Shown piece after piece: positions 36,299-45,590 of a stretch of DNA of 64,000 nt. Numbering within the stretch: position 1 is the stretch's first letter; the number at the start of each line of letters is the position of its first letter. The DNA is from Owenweeksia sp. GTDB lineage: Bacteria; Bacteroidota; Bacteroidia; Flavobacteriales; Schleiferiaceae. The position numbers and the translations under genes are program-made. The notes below the pieces were generated by a model that did no database searches, was not told where the DNA came from, and worked only from the letters and a program-made list of their open reading frames with translations. Location of the stretch: the NCBI GenBank assembly GCA_028285465.1, contig JANQPD010000068.1:7458-71457 (forward strand), written 5' to 3'.

Positions 36299-38716
36299 AT
36301 GGAGTATATAGGAGAACACATATTGCCGGGGCAACTCGGCCGTTTTTTTGTAAGCCTGGCCCTTGTAGGTGCCCTTATATCAGCCTTGGGCTACGGGCTG
36401 GCCTTTCGCAAAAAAGAGTATTTACACCTCGCGCGCGCGAGTTTTTGGGCGCACGCCCTTGCCGTACTTGGAATAGTAGGCACTTTGTTTTATTTGTTGC
36501 TCAGCCATTACTTTGAGTACGATTACGTTTGGAAGCATTCTTCTACAGAACTGCCTTTGCGCTATGTCTTCAGCGCCTTTTGGGAAGGACAGGAAGGCAG
36601 TTTCATTCTTTGGATGTTCTGGAATGCCGTGCTTGGCCTCATTCTTATGCGCACGGCCAAACACCTCGAAAGCGGCGTTATGTCTGTATTTGCTGCTGTG
36701 CAAGCTTTCTTGTCCAGCATGATATTAGGCAGCTACCTGGGTGGTATAAAGATCGGGAGCAGCCCCTTTGTGTTGATGCGTCAAACCGCAGATAACTTTG
36801 GTCTTCCCTGGACCCAAGTGCCGGATTACCTCAATAAATTCCCGGCATTTATGGATGGGACCGGCCTGAACCCTTTATTGCAGAACTATTGGATGACCAT
36901 ACATCCGCCCACCCTGTTTTTGGGCTTTGCCTCTACGCTGCCCGTTTTTGCTTTTGCCATGGCCGCCCTTTTCAGCAAAGACTTTAAGGGATGGGTAAAG
37001 GCGGCCCTGCCCTGGGCTTTCTTTAGTGTGGGGATATTGGGCCTGGGCATACTCATGGGTGGTGCCTGGGCTTATGAAGCACTGAGCTTTGGGGGCTTCT
37101 GGGCCTGGGATCCCGTTGAGAATTCCTCCCTGGTACCCTGGATTACTATGGTGGGAGCTGCACACCTCCTGCTTATCTACCGCAATCGCCAGACCGGCCT
37201 TAGCTCAGCCTTTTTCCTGGCACTCATCAGCTTTTTGCTGGTTTTGTATTCCACCTTCCTCACGCGCAGTGGCGTTTTGGGAGATACCTCTGTGCACTCC
37301 TTCGTAGACCTGGGCCTAAGTGGCCAGCTGCTTATTTATTTGTTGTTTTTTGTATTGATCGCCTTCGGGGCTTTTTTTTACCGCATGCGTCAATTTCCTA
37401 AAGAAAAGGGAGACGATAACCTCAGCTCACGCGAATTCTGGATCTTTATCGGAAGCCTGGTGCTTCTGGTATCAGCCTTTCAGATCATTTTTACCACCAG
37501 CATTCCCGTTTTTAACCAACTGATCGGCAAAGAAGGATTGGTACCTATGTTGGACAAAGATATCGCTCCTCCCATAGAAATCATCAAGCACTACAACGGA
37601 TGGCAAGTTCCCTTTGCCCTTATCATCACCTTATTGATCGGTTTCGGACAATTTCTGAATTACCGAAAAACCGATGCTGCCCGCTTTTGGAGAAGCATCT
37701 CCTTCTCCGCCATCCTGGCCCTCATCCTTACTGTGTTGGTTGCCCAGCTTTATGATTTCTGGAAAGAGGTGCTATACCTTATCTTGCTCTTCACCAGTAT
37801 TTTTGCCGTGATCAGCAATCTCGACTATTGGTTGCGCCTGCGCAAGGGCAGCTGGCAATTTAGTGGAAGCTCCATTGCGCACCTGGGTTTCGGGTTGATC
37901 ATGGCAGGGGCCCTCATCTCCAATGCCAAGAAAAAGGTCATCAGCAACACCAACGTATTTTTAAGTGAGGATCTCCCTTCCAGCGAAAACGCACTGCTGG
38001 AGTTGGGGGACACAACGCGTCTGGGCAGCTATATGGCCATTTGGCATCAAATGCGGGAAGGCGAAAACCGCAAACAGTTTTACGATGTGAGCTACTACAG
38101 CCCTCAACCAAATGGGTTGTTACAAAAGGAGTTTGACCTGGAGCCTTTCCTGCAAATGAGCGATAATATGGGGCCCACACCAAACCCAAGCACAAAACAT
38201 TATTGGCATAAAGACCTCTATACGCACGTTACCTATTCCAGTTACCTGGAGCCAGCCAGCCCGGATGGCTACGGCAAGGAGATGGAAGTACGTATGAACC
38301 GGGGCGATACGGCCATCTACAGGGATCACTTTGTTATTATGGATAGTCTTAAGGTGAACGCCACCGCAAATAAGGAAACAGGACAATTAAAGAGTGTACG
38401 GCTTGAAGCCGAGCTCAGCATTGTAAACGTATTGGGGGAAACCTATACCGCAAACCCCGTATATTTTTTAGAAGACGATGTGGTAAGCTATGAAGACTAT
38501 TATTTAGACCAGCAGAAATTCAAGTTCAGACTGGAGGATATTGATACGGAAACCGGGCAAATTGTGCTTAAAGCATACCAGGAATTAGGGGAGCAAAAAC
38601 CGTTTATCGTGATGAAAGCGATTGTATTTCCCCTTATCAATTTACTTTGGCTAGGGTGTATTCTAATGGTAGTAGGCAGTTTTATAGCTGTGGTGCAGCG
38701 ATTCAAAAAAGCCTAG
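36299..38716 (+). CDS. ccmF: Cytochrome c heme lyase subunit CcmF (long form, 805 aa)
   Basis: WWD motif GGFWAWDPVENSSLVPW and many TM helices. Confidence 0.9.
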   Translation: MEYIGEHILPGQLGRFFVSLALVGALISALGYGLAFRKKEYLHLARASFWAHALAVLGIVGTLFYLLLSHYFEYDYVWKHSSTELPLRYVFSAFWEGQEGSFILWMFWNAVLGLILMRTAKHLESGVMSVFAAVQAFLSSMILGSYLGGIKIGSSPFVLMRQTADNFGLPWTQVPDYLNKFPAFMDGTGLNPLLQNYWMTIHPPTLFLGFASTLPVFAFAMAALFSKDFKGWVKAALPWAFFSVGILGLGILMGGAWAYEALSFGGFWAWDPVENSSLVPWITMVGAAHLLLIYRNRQTGLSSAFFLALISFLLVLYSTFLTRSGVLGDTSVHSFVDLGLSGQLLIYLLFFVLIAFGAFFYRMRQFPKEKGDDNLSSREFWIFIGSLVLLVSAFQIIFTTSIPVFNQLIGKEGLVPMLDKDIAPPIEIIKHYNGWQVPFALIITLLIGFGQFLNYRKTDAARFWRSISFSAILALILTVLVAQLYDFWKEVLYLILLFTSIFAVISNLDYWLRLRKGSWQFSGSSIAHLGFGLIMAGALISNAKKKVISNTNVFLSEDLPSSENALLELGDTTRLGSYMAIWHQMREGENRKQFYDVSYYSPQPNGLLQKEFDLEPFLQMSDNMGPTPNPSTKHYWHKDLYTHVTYSSYLEPASPDGYGKEMEVRMNRGDTAIYRDHFVIMDSLKVNATANKETGQLKSVRLEAELSIVNVLGETYTANPVYFLEDDVVSYEDYYLDQQKFKFRLEDIDTETGQIVLKAYQELGEQKPFIVMKAIVFPLINLLWLGCILMVVGSFIAVVQRFKKA

Positions 38717-40716
38717 CGTTCATTGCGTAAAATAGTGACCGCATCTTTTGCCACAATTTGCCTGTTGCACCGCAGTATATAATAATAGGTGCCCTCCGGC
38801 AGCGGATTACCGTCATTGCCTGTACCATCCCAAAGGTTGTTGTATTCCCGCGCATAGTATACCTGTGTTCCCCAGCGATTCAGAATGGTAAGCTCACACA
38901 GTCCTCTTGGATTTAGCACGTCTAAATCAAAAAACTCGTTGAGGCCGTCTCCGTTGGGCGTAAACAAATTGGGTACTACATCTGCATCGCCCGGGTTTAC
39001 AAAAACCAGCATGGTATCGGCTCCCTGGCAGCCATTGTGATCCGTCACCACGAGGTAAAAGGCTATTGTATCGCCATTTACCAGTTCTGCACTGGTTTCT
39101 CTACCGATGGGACTGCTGAATTTCACCGCCTCGCTGGCACTCCAAAAGTAGGAAACGCCTCCAAGGCCTCTTAGCAACACCAGGTCTTCCCGGTTTACCA
39201 TGGTATCATTCCCTGCAAAGGCATTCACCGTATACGCATCCACCTGCACGCTATCCAACAAAAAGTATTCGCACCCGTTTGCCGTAACTTTCAGGTTTAT
39301 ATAATGCTTCCCCGGCGTATCCCATTTCACCCCCTCAGGGAACATATCGAAGCTTACCAGGGGGTCAGCTCCCAAACCAAAATCCCATTCAAAAGTGGCA
39401 TCGGGTGGATAAAATCCCAGAGGAATAAAATCCATATCCTGCCCTTCAAAGCATTGTATACCGCTAATGGTAAACTCTGGGTTGATCGGTATTTTGATCT
39501 CAAAAGGGGAAATGATGGTATCTGCACAAGCCAGTCCCGGCTCGGCAATAAGCGTTACGGTATAGGTGCCCGGTCCCGGATACGTATACACCGGGTTTTG
39601 CAAGAGCGAAGTATCACCCAAGGTAGTAGGATCGCCAAAGTCCCAGAAATAAGTGGATGCGCCAATGCTTTGATTTGTAAATTGCACCTGGAAGCCATCG
39701 CAACCTATGGTGGGGTCTTCTGCTGCCGTTATGATATCGCTCACCACCGTACTCACACAATTGGTGAAGTTAAACTGGTAATCGAGCCTTACCTGGCTGA
39801 TAAACATCCCATTTCTGAACTCACTCACACAAATCCCCACCACGTATTGCCCGGGCTGGTTGGCCGTTCCGGTAAGTGTTCCGGTATTCACATCAATTTG
39901 AAAATCCGGAGAACCAGGTAAGGGTTGTGTGGCACTAAAACCTCCGGTAAAGGGTACCGGAGTAAAAGGAGGCGGACAAGGCGGATTGGGAACCGTAGCT
40001 GCACAACCGATACCTCCTATCCGCCCTCCCCCGGTAAAGATCTCGCAAAATTCAAAATAGAGTGAATCTCCGTCAGGGTCTACTGCGTTGATAGGAATAG
40101 TGCTCGGCACGCCCTGGCAAACCACCACAGGAGGCACGTCTTGTATTTGCGGCGAGCTGTTGCAAAAGGCGTCATTCGAAGGGATCTGAGCGGAATAGGT
40201 GTTCCCGAACTGGTCTGAATTAAGCACATTTGATATGGTGCTGTTCCTGCAACAACGCTGATGCACCAAGGTATACCCTCCTAAAATCGGGGGCAGGCTT
40301 ACCCCGGTATACAGATAATCCGTGTATTCGCTGCATACAGCCGGGGGGGCGGTAACACAAGGGTTTCCTGTAAAACTGGTCGAAACCTTTATAATCGGGC
40401 CGAGGTTGGCCGTAAGTTGTGTAACCAGGTTGTTGTTGATGTCGTACACCGCTACACGGGCAATACCGTCAAAGGGGGCTCCACCTCCCCCGCAATCGCG
40501 GTATATACGCAACTTGATGTCGTATATGTTGGCGCCCACGCAGGTATACGAGATCTCTCCACCAATCAAGTGGGCAGCCCTGCCTTCGTACCGGGCAAAC
40601 AAAAAGACAAGAAGCAGCAATACCGCTTTAGTGTAACTTGGAACTTGCTTCAAACTGAAACTAGGGTTTATCACGCAACAAAAGGGGAAGATACAACAGA
40701 ATATGCAGCTGTACAC
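38713..40716 (-). CDS. Surface protein with PKD-like domain and gliding-motility-associated C-terminal domain (T9SS type-B CTD)
   Basis: The C-terminus PNLFTPNGDGLNEFFDL...ILNRWGTQVYYAREYNNLWDGTG...LPEGTYYYIL matches the type-B sorting domain. FWDFGD is a PKD motif. GTG start (40714-40716), so the start is uncertain. Confidence 0.8.
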   Translation of the reverse strand: MYSCIFCCIFPFCCVINPSFSLKQVPSYTKAVLLLLVFLFARYEGRAAHLIGGEISYTCVGANIYDIKLRIYRDCGGGGAPFDGIARVAVYDINNNLVTQLTANLGPIIKVSTSFTGNPCVTAPPAVCSEYTDYLYTGVSLPPILGGYTLVHQRCCRNSTISNVLNSDQFGNTYSAQIPSNDAFCNSSPQIQDVPPVVVCQGVPSTIPINAVDPDGDSLYFEFCEIFTGGGRIGGIGCAATVPNPPCPPPFTPVPFTGGFSATQPLPGSPDFQIDVNTGTLTGTANQPGQYVVGICVSEFRNGMFISQVRLDYQFNFTNCVSTVVSDIITAAEDPTIGCDGFQVQFTNQSIGASTYFWDFGDPTTLGDTSLLQNPVYTYPGPGTYTVTLIAEPGLACADTIISPFEIKIPINPEFTISGIQCFEGQDMDFIPLGFYPPDATFEWDFGLGADPLVSFDMFPEGVKWDTPGKHYINLKVTANGCEYFLLDSVQVDAYTVNAFAGNDTMVNREDLVLLRGLGGVSYFWSASEAVKFSSPIGRETSAELVNGDTIAFYLVVTDHNGCQGADTMLVFVNPGDADVVPNLFTPNGDGLNEFFDLDVLNPRGLCELTILNRWGTQVYYAREYNNLWDGTGNDGNPLPEGTYYYILRCNRQIVAKDAVTILRNER

Positions 40717-40816
40717 GCTCGCTTCTCCTGGCTGCTGTTCTCATTGAGCAAAAGAATGCCCTTACACAAGCAAAGATAATCTGGGCATATCCCTAAATGT
40801 TACTTTATTTTGCAGC

Positions 40817-41566
40817 ATGCGGCAGGCTTTACATATTGCGTTAATCGGAAATGGGAACGTAGGCACCTATTTGAAAAAGTCCCTGGAGGCAGCGGGTTAT
40901 TATACCGATGTTTTCAGTCGTAAAGCCCTGTATGACAGCATGCCTTTGCACACTTTTGCAGATAAAATGCCCAAGTATGAGCTGGTGCTGCTGTGTGTTA
41001 GTGACGATGCCATAGCAGAGGTAAGCGCGGCACTCGAGGTCGGAAGCTATCTCATCGCACACGTAAGTGGCTCCAGATCGCTCTCTGCCCTGCACACAAA
41101 GCATACCCGCAGGGCTGTTTTCTATCCGCTTATGAGCCTTAAAGCAGACAGCATGGTTAAACCGGCAGAAATCCCCTTTTGCCTGGAGGCCGACACACCT
41201 GCTGATGTTGTGCTGCTGGCCGGATTGGTAAAGACGCTGGAAGCCCAGTGGTTTCCGGTAAGCAGTGCGCAAAGGCAACAACTGCACTTAGCCGCAGTAT
41301 TTGCCCATAACTTTGGCAATCATATGTTTACCCTGGCCCAGGAAATACTGCATGCTTCGGAGCTCGATTTCAAGATCATGCTCCCTTTGCTAAAACAAAA
41401 CCTGGATATGTTGCAATACAAAAATGCCCTTGAGTTGCAAACAGGCCCTGCTGTAAGGCTTGATAGGGGCACTATAAACAAGCAACTGGCCCTGCTGCAA
41501 AAAGAGGATCTAAAAAACCTGTACCTCGCCATAACCAAAAGCATTCAACATACACATGAGCATTAA
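40817..41566 (+). CDS. Rossmann-fold / DUF2520-like oxidoreductase-like protein
   Basis: IALIGNGNVGTYL dinucleotide-binding motif, size, and position upstream of kdsC. Confidence 0.6.
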   Translation: MRQALHIALIGNGNVGTYLKKSLEAAGYYTDVFSRKALYDSMPLHTFADKMPKYELVLLCVSDDAIAEVSAALEVGSYLIAHVSGSRSLSALHTKHTRRAVFYPLMSLKADSMVKPAEIPFCLEADTPADVVLLAGLVKTLEAQWFPVSSAQRQQLHLAAVFAHNFGNHMFTLAQEILHASELDFKIMLPLLKQNLDMLQYKNALELQTGPAVRLDRGTINKQLALLQKEDLKNLYLAITKSIQHTHEH

Positions 41567-42089
41567 CTACAAGCAAAGGTTAAACCGGATCAGGGCCTTT
41601 GTATTCGATATGGACGGAGTACTGACCAATGGGGTTTTTCACGTAGGTGGAGATGGTAAGCCGATCCGGAACCTGAACAGCAAAGATGGTTACGCCATAC
41701 AACTCGCGGTAAAAAAAGGATACACCGTAGGACTTATCTCAGGTGGAAACTGCGATGGCGTTAAAAGTTTGCTTCAAAAAGCAGGCATTACAGACATTTA
41801 TATGCGTGCGGCCAGTAAGTTAGATGCATGGTCCGACTTCCTTTCCGTGTATGAACATCAGGACCTTAAACCGGAAGAGATCGTCTATATGGGCGATGAC
41901 ATTCCCGATTACTACCTCATCGAAGCAGCCGGAGTAGGTTGTTGCCCTGCCAACGCGGCACCTGAAATTAAACAAGTATCGGATTATGTAAGCCACCGCA
42001 ATGGCGGCGAAGGTTGTGTGCGCGATATAATCGAGCAAACCTTAAAAGTGCAAAACAACTGGATGCTTCAAGGAGATTTTGCATGGTAA
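41556..42089 (+). CDS. kdsC: HAD-IIIA phosphatase, KDO 8-phosphate phosphatase-like
   Basis: FVFDMDGVLTNG (DxDG nucleophile motif), GLISGG and YMGDDIPD motifs. Confidence 0.8.
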   Translation: MSINYKQRLNRIRAFVFDMDGVLTNGVFHVGGDGKPIRNLNSKDGYAIQLAVKKGYTVGLISGGNCDGVKSLLQKAGITDIYMRAASKLDAWSDFLSVYEHQDLKPEEIVYMGDDIPDYYLIEAAGVGCCPANAAPEIKQVSDYVSHRNGGEGCVRDIIEQTLKVQNNWMLQGDFAW

Positions 42090-43021
42090 AACTCAAGCCA
42101 TATTTAAAGCTCATACGCTGGCCCAACTTACTGATGATCCTGTTTGTGCAGTATCTCATTCGCTATTCGGTGGTCATATGGCTGGGCATTCCGCATTACC
42201 TCAACCATGGTCAGTTTTTCCTGGGTGCACTTTGCAGTCTTCTCCTGGCCGCTGCCGGTTACATTATTAATGATCTGAACGACCTGGAAACAGATGGCGT
42301 AAATAAACCCGAGCGCATAACCATAGGGAAAGCCATTAGCGTAAGGCGCGCCTGGAGTTTATACGGCTGGCTCAACCTGGGCGCTGTGCTTATAGGGTAT
42401 TACCTGGCCAACCTCATCCGGCTGTACGATCTTTGGTTGATCCCGGTGGTGGCGGGTGCCTTGCTTTATTTGTATGCCGTTGATCTTAAAAAAAGAGCGG
42501 TAGTAGGCAATTTTATTGTTTCGCTACTCACCGCCATGCCCGTATTTTTGGTAGCGGTATATGACCTGCTTCCTGCCCTCAGCTTACACAATACAGACCA
42601 GGTAAGGCCTTTTATTTACGTAGTATGCGGCTACGCTGCTTTTGCCTTTTGGCTCAACTTCATCCGCGAAATTGTAAAGGATGCAGAAGACATTGCCGGG
42701 GATAAAAAAATGAACTACCGGACATTGGCTGTCTTGCTGGGACCCTTTTACATACGCTTTGTTCTCTTTTTGCTACTGGCTGTATTGCTCAGCTTCACCG
42801 GAACTTTTAATTATATACTCTTTCAAAACCGCGACTGGCTTTCTTCTATATATGTACTGCTGGCTGTAAACCTTCCCCTGCTTCACTTTGGTATGAAACT
42901 ATACAGGGCGCGCGCTTCCACTGACTATGGGCCCATCAGCAAATTATTAAAGGGCATTATGGTGCTGGGGATCCTCAGTATGCTTGTGTTTACCCTAAGC
43001 TTAAAACTCTCCGGGATATGA
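42083..43021 (+). CDS. UbiA-family prenyltransferase (DGGGP-synthase-like)
   Basis: ATG at 42083 (MVKLKPYLKLIRWPNLLM). Asp-rich motif YIINDLNDLETD and 8-9 TM helices. Confidence 0.8.
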   Translation: MVKLKPYLKLIRWPNLLMILFVQYLIRYSVVIWLGIPHYLNHGQFFLGALCSLLLAAAGYIINDLNDLETDGVNKPERITIGKAISVRRAWSLYGWLNLGAVLIGYYLANLIRLYDLWLIPVVAGALLYLYAVDLKKRAVVGNFIVSLLTAMPVFLVAVYDLLPALSLHNTDQVRPFIYVVCGYAAFAFWLNFIREIVKDAEDIAGDKKMNYRTLAVLLGPFYIRFVLFLLLAVLLSFTGTFNYILFQNRDWLSSIYVLLAVNLPLLHFGMKLYRARASTDYGPISKLLKGIMVLGILSMLVFTLSLKLSGI

Positions 43022-43596
43022 ACCTCTTACCTCCGGGAAAAAAGCTGATCCTGGCTTCTAAGTCGCCACGCAGAAAAGCCCTGCTTGAAGAAATGGGCAT
43101 TCCCTTTGAGGCCAGAACAAAGGAAGTGGAAGAAGATTACCCGGAAAACCTGGAAGGGGCACAAATAGCAGAATACCTGGCACGGAAAAAAGCCAAGGCT
43201 TTCCGTAATGAAATAGCAAAGAACGAAGTTGTGCTTAGCTCGGATACCGTTGTATGGTGTACCGGAAGATCGCTGGCCAAGGCCCGGGATGCAGAGGAGG
43301 CCGCCCAAATGCTACGCATGCTCTCCAACAGAAGCCATGAAGTGATTACGGCTGTATGCTTATATGCCCAACACAGAATAGTGGTGTTCAGTGATAAAAC
43401 GGTGGTACACTTTAACCGGTTGAAAGAAGAAGACATCCAATACTACATCAGGCATTTCAAGCCTTTTGATAAGGCTGGCGCCTACGGCATACAGGAGTGG
43501 ATAGGTATGGTGGGCATACGCGCCATTGAAGGTTCTTATTTTACCGTAATGGGGTTGCCTACCCACCTGGTATTTGAACGTTTACGCCATTTCTAA
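43018..43596 (+). CDS. maf: Maf-family nucleoside triphosphate pyrophosphatase
   Basis: LILASKSPRRKALLEEMGIPF and DKAGAYGIQE motifs. ATGA overlap with the ubiA-like gene. Confidence 0.9.
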   Translation: MNLLPPGKKLILASKSPRRKALLEEMGIPFEARTKEVEEDYPENLEGAQIAEYLARKKAKAFRNEIAKNEVVLSSDTVVWCTGRSLAKARDAEEAAQMLRMLSNRSHEVITAVCLYAQHRIVVFSDKTVVHFNRLKEEDIQYYIRHFKPFDKAGAYGIQEWIGMVGIRAIEGSYFTVMGLPTHLVFERLRHF

Positions 43597-43635
43597 TTGC
43601 ACATTTCTTCGTAAACTGCGTGCTTTAACGCCCTT

Positions 43636-45096
43636 ATGAAACAAAAAGCATCTCTCGGCACTGCCCTTATTCCCGTTTTCTTCCTGGTCATTATGCTCAG
43701 CATCAACGTGATCTTTGTGTATGGGGATGATGCACTTAGCGGCTCTAATCAGTTTATACTGATATTATCTGCCGCAGTGGCCGCCATGGTAGGTTTTGCA
43801 AAGGGGCATAGCTGGAAGGCTATGCTGGAAGGAGTAGAAAAATCTGTTCGCAGCACTACGGGGGCTATCCTCATTCTTTTACTCATTGGTTCGTTGGCAG
43901 GAAGCTGGATGTTGAGCGGTATTGTCCCGGCTATGATCTATTATGGCCTCAAGATCCTCCAGCCCGAAATATTCCTACCCGCAGCCGCCCTTATTTGTGC
44001 GCTGGTAAGCCTGGCTACCGGAAGTAGCTGGAGCACCAGTGCCACCGTGGGCATTGCCCTGGTAGGCATTGGGGAGGCCATGGGCATGAACAGCGCGGTT
44101 GTGGCCGGGGCAGTTATATCCGGGGCTTATTTCGGGGATAAGATATCTCCACTCTCTGATACTACCAACCTGGCTCCCGCTATGGCAGGCACCGATCTTT
44201 TTACCCACATCCGGTACATGCTTTACACCACGGTACCTTCTTTCAGCATTGCGCTGTTGGTGTTCATTGTAATGAGCCTGAATTTTGAATCGGCTGGCAC
44301 CATCAACAACGTAACACCCATTCTACAAGAGTTGGATAGTCTGTTTCACATTACTCCCTGGCTCTTTTTAGCCCCGGCTCTCGTTATTCTTTTAATCGTA
44401 AAAAAAGTACCGGCTCTACCGGCTATATTGGCGGGCACCCTGGCCGGCACTCTTTTTGCCGCTCTTTTCCAGGGAGACCTCCTGACCCGCTTAAACGAGG
44501 GAGAGTTGAATGCATCGGCCTACTACCGCTTGCTTATGGACGCCTTAACTGTAGATATGAAATATCCGGCTGCCCACCCGGTTTTGGCTGATCTCTTGGA
44601 ATCGGGAGGTATGCGCGGCATGCTGAACACCGTTTGGTTAATCGTGGCAGCCATGAGTTTTGGGGGCGTAATGGAAGCCTGCGGTTTTTTAGAAACCATC
44701 AGCAACGCTTTACTCAAACTGGCAAAGGGAACCGCCTCTCTTATTGCCACTACCGTGGGAACCTGCCTGGCTATAAACATTACCGCTTCCGACCAGTATT
44801 TGGCCATTGTAGTGCCCGGGCGTATGTATGCCGATGCGTATCGCAAAAGAGGCCTGGCCCCGGAAAACCTAAGCCGGACCCTGGAAGACAGTGGTACGGT
44901 AACTTCCGTACTGGTGCCCTGGAACACCTGCGGGGCCTACCAAAGCGGGGTGCTTGGGGTAAATACACTGGCCTATGTACCCTATGCCTTCTTTAACTTA
45001 CTCAGTCCTTTTATGACCTTGCTGTTTGCAGCCTTTCATATTAAGATCCGCATGTTGACTACTAAAAAGGAGGTGCCTCATGTCAGCCAAAAATGA
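43636..45096 (+). CDS. nhaC: Na+/H+ antiporter NhaC family
   Basis: 486 aa, polytopic. GSSWSTSATVGIAL and SPLSDTTNLA motifs are typical of NhaC. Confidence 0.85.
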   Translation: MKQKASLGTALIPVFFLVIMLSINVIFVYGDDALSGSNQFILILSAAVAAMVGFAKGHSWKAMLEGVEKSVRSTTGAILILLLIGSLAGSWMLSGIVPAMIYYGLKILQPEIFLPAAALICALVSLATGSSWSTSATVGIALVGIGEAMGMNSAVVAGAVISGAYFGDKISPLSDTTNLAPAMAGTDLFTHIRYMLYTTVPSFSIALLVFIVMSLNFESAGTINNVTPILQELDSLFHITPWLFLAPALVILLIVKKVPALPAILAGTLAGTLFAALFQGDLLTRLNEGELNASAYYRLLMDALTVDMKYPAAHPVLADLLESGGMRGMLNTVWLIVAAMSFGGVMEACGFLETISNALLKLAKGTASLIATTVGTCLAINITASDQYLAIVVPGRMYADAYRKRGLAPENLSRTLEDSGTVTSVLVPWNTCGAYQSGVLGVNTLAYVPYAFFNLLSPFMTLLFAAFHIKIRMLTTKKEVPHVSQK

Positions 45097-45568
45097 GCCG
45101 GTAAACAAACACCTCGCATGGGTAGAAAGGATCACGCACCTTATGGATAGCCAGTTCCGCATCCCGGGTACCGACTTTCGCTTTGGGCTTGATCCGCTGA
45201 TAGGCCTGGTTCCTTTCCTGGGAGATGCGGTTAGCCTTGCCGTTTCCGGTCTGTTGGTAAGCAGTCTTTGGCGGTACGGAGCAAGCGGAGAGGTTAAAGC
45301 ACGACTCATCGTAAACGTTTTACTTGACTTTACCCTTGGCGCTATCCCGGTGGTGGGAAGCATATTTGATTTTTTCTTTAAGGCCAACGAGCGCAACTTA
45401 AAACTGGTTAAAGCACATTTCACCGAAGGCCGCTACCACGGAAATAGCAAAGGCTTCATCATCAGGACTGTACTTATTTTGAGCACCGTACTGGCTTTTG
45501 CGCTTTATGGGGTACTAAAATTTAGTCTATGGCTTGTAGATGTATTGGGCAATATGCTTGGCGGTTAA
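45080..45568 (+). CDS. DUF4112-like membrane protein
   Basis: FRIPGTDFRFGLDPLIGLVPFLGDAVS motif. Overlaps the nhaC end by 17 nt. Confidence 0.7.
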   Translation: MSAKNEPVNKHLAWVERITHLMDSQFRIPGTDFRFGLDPLIGLVPFLGDAVSLAVSGLLVSSLWRYGASGEVKARLIVNVLLDFTLGAIPVVGSIFDFFFKANERNLKLVKAHFTEGRYHGNSKGFIIRTVLILSTVLAFALYGVLKFSLWLVDVLGNMLGG

Positions 45569-45590
45569 GTTTTCACATAGCTTTTTGATC

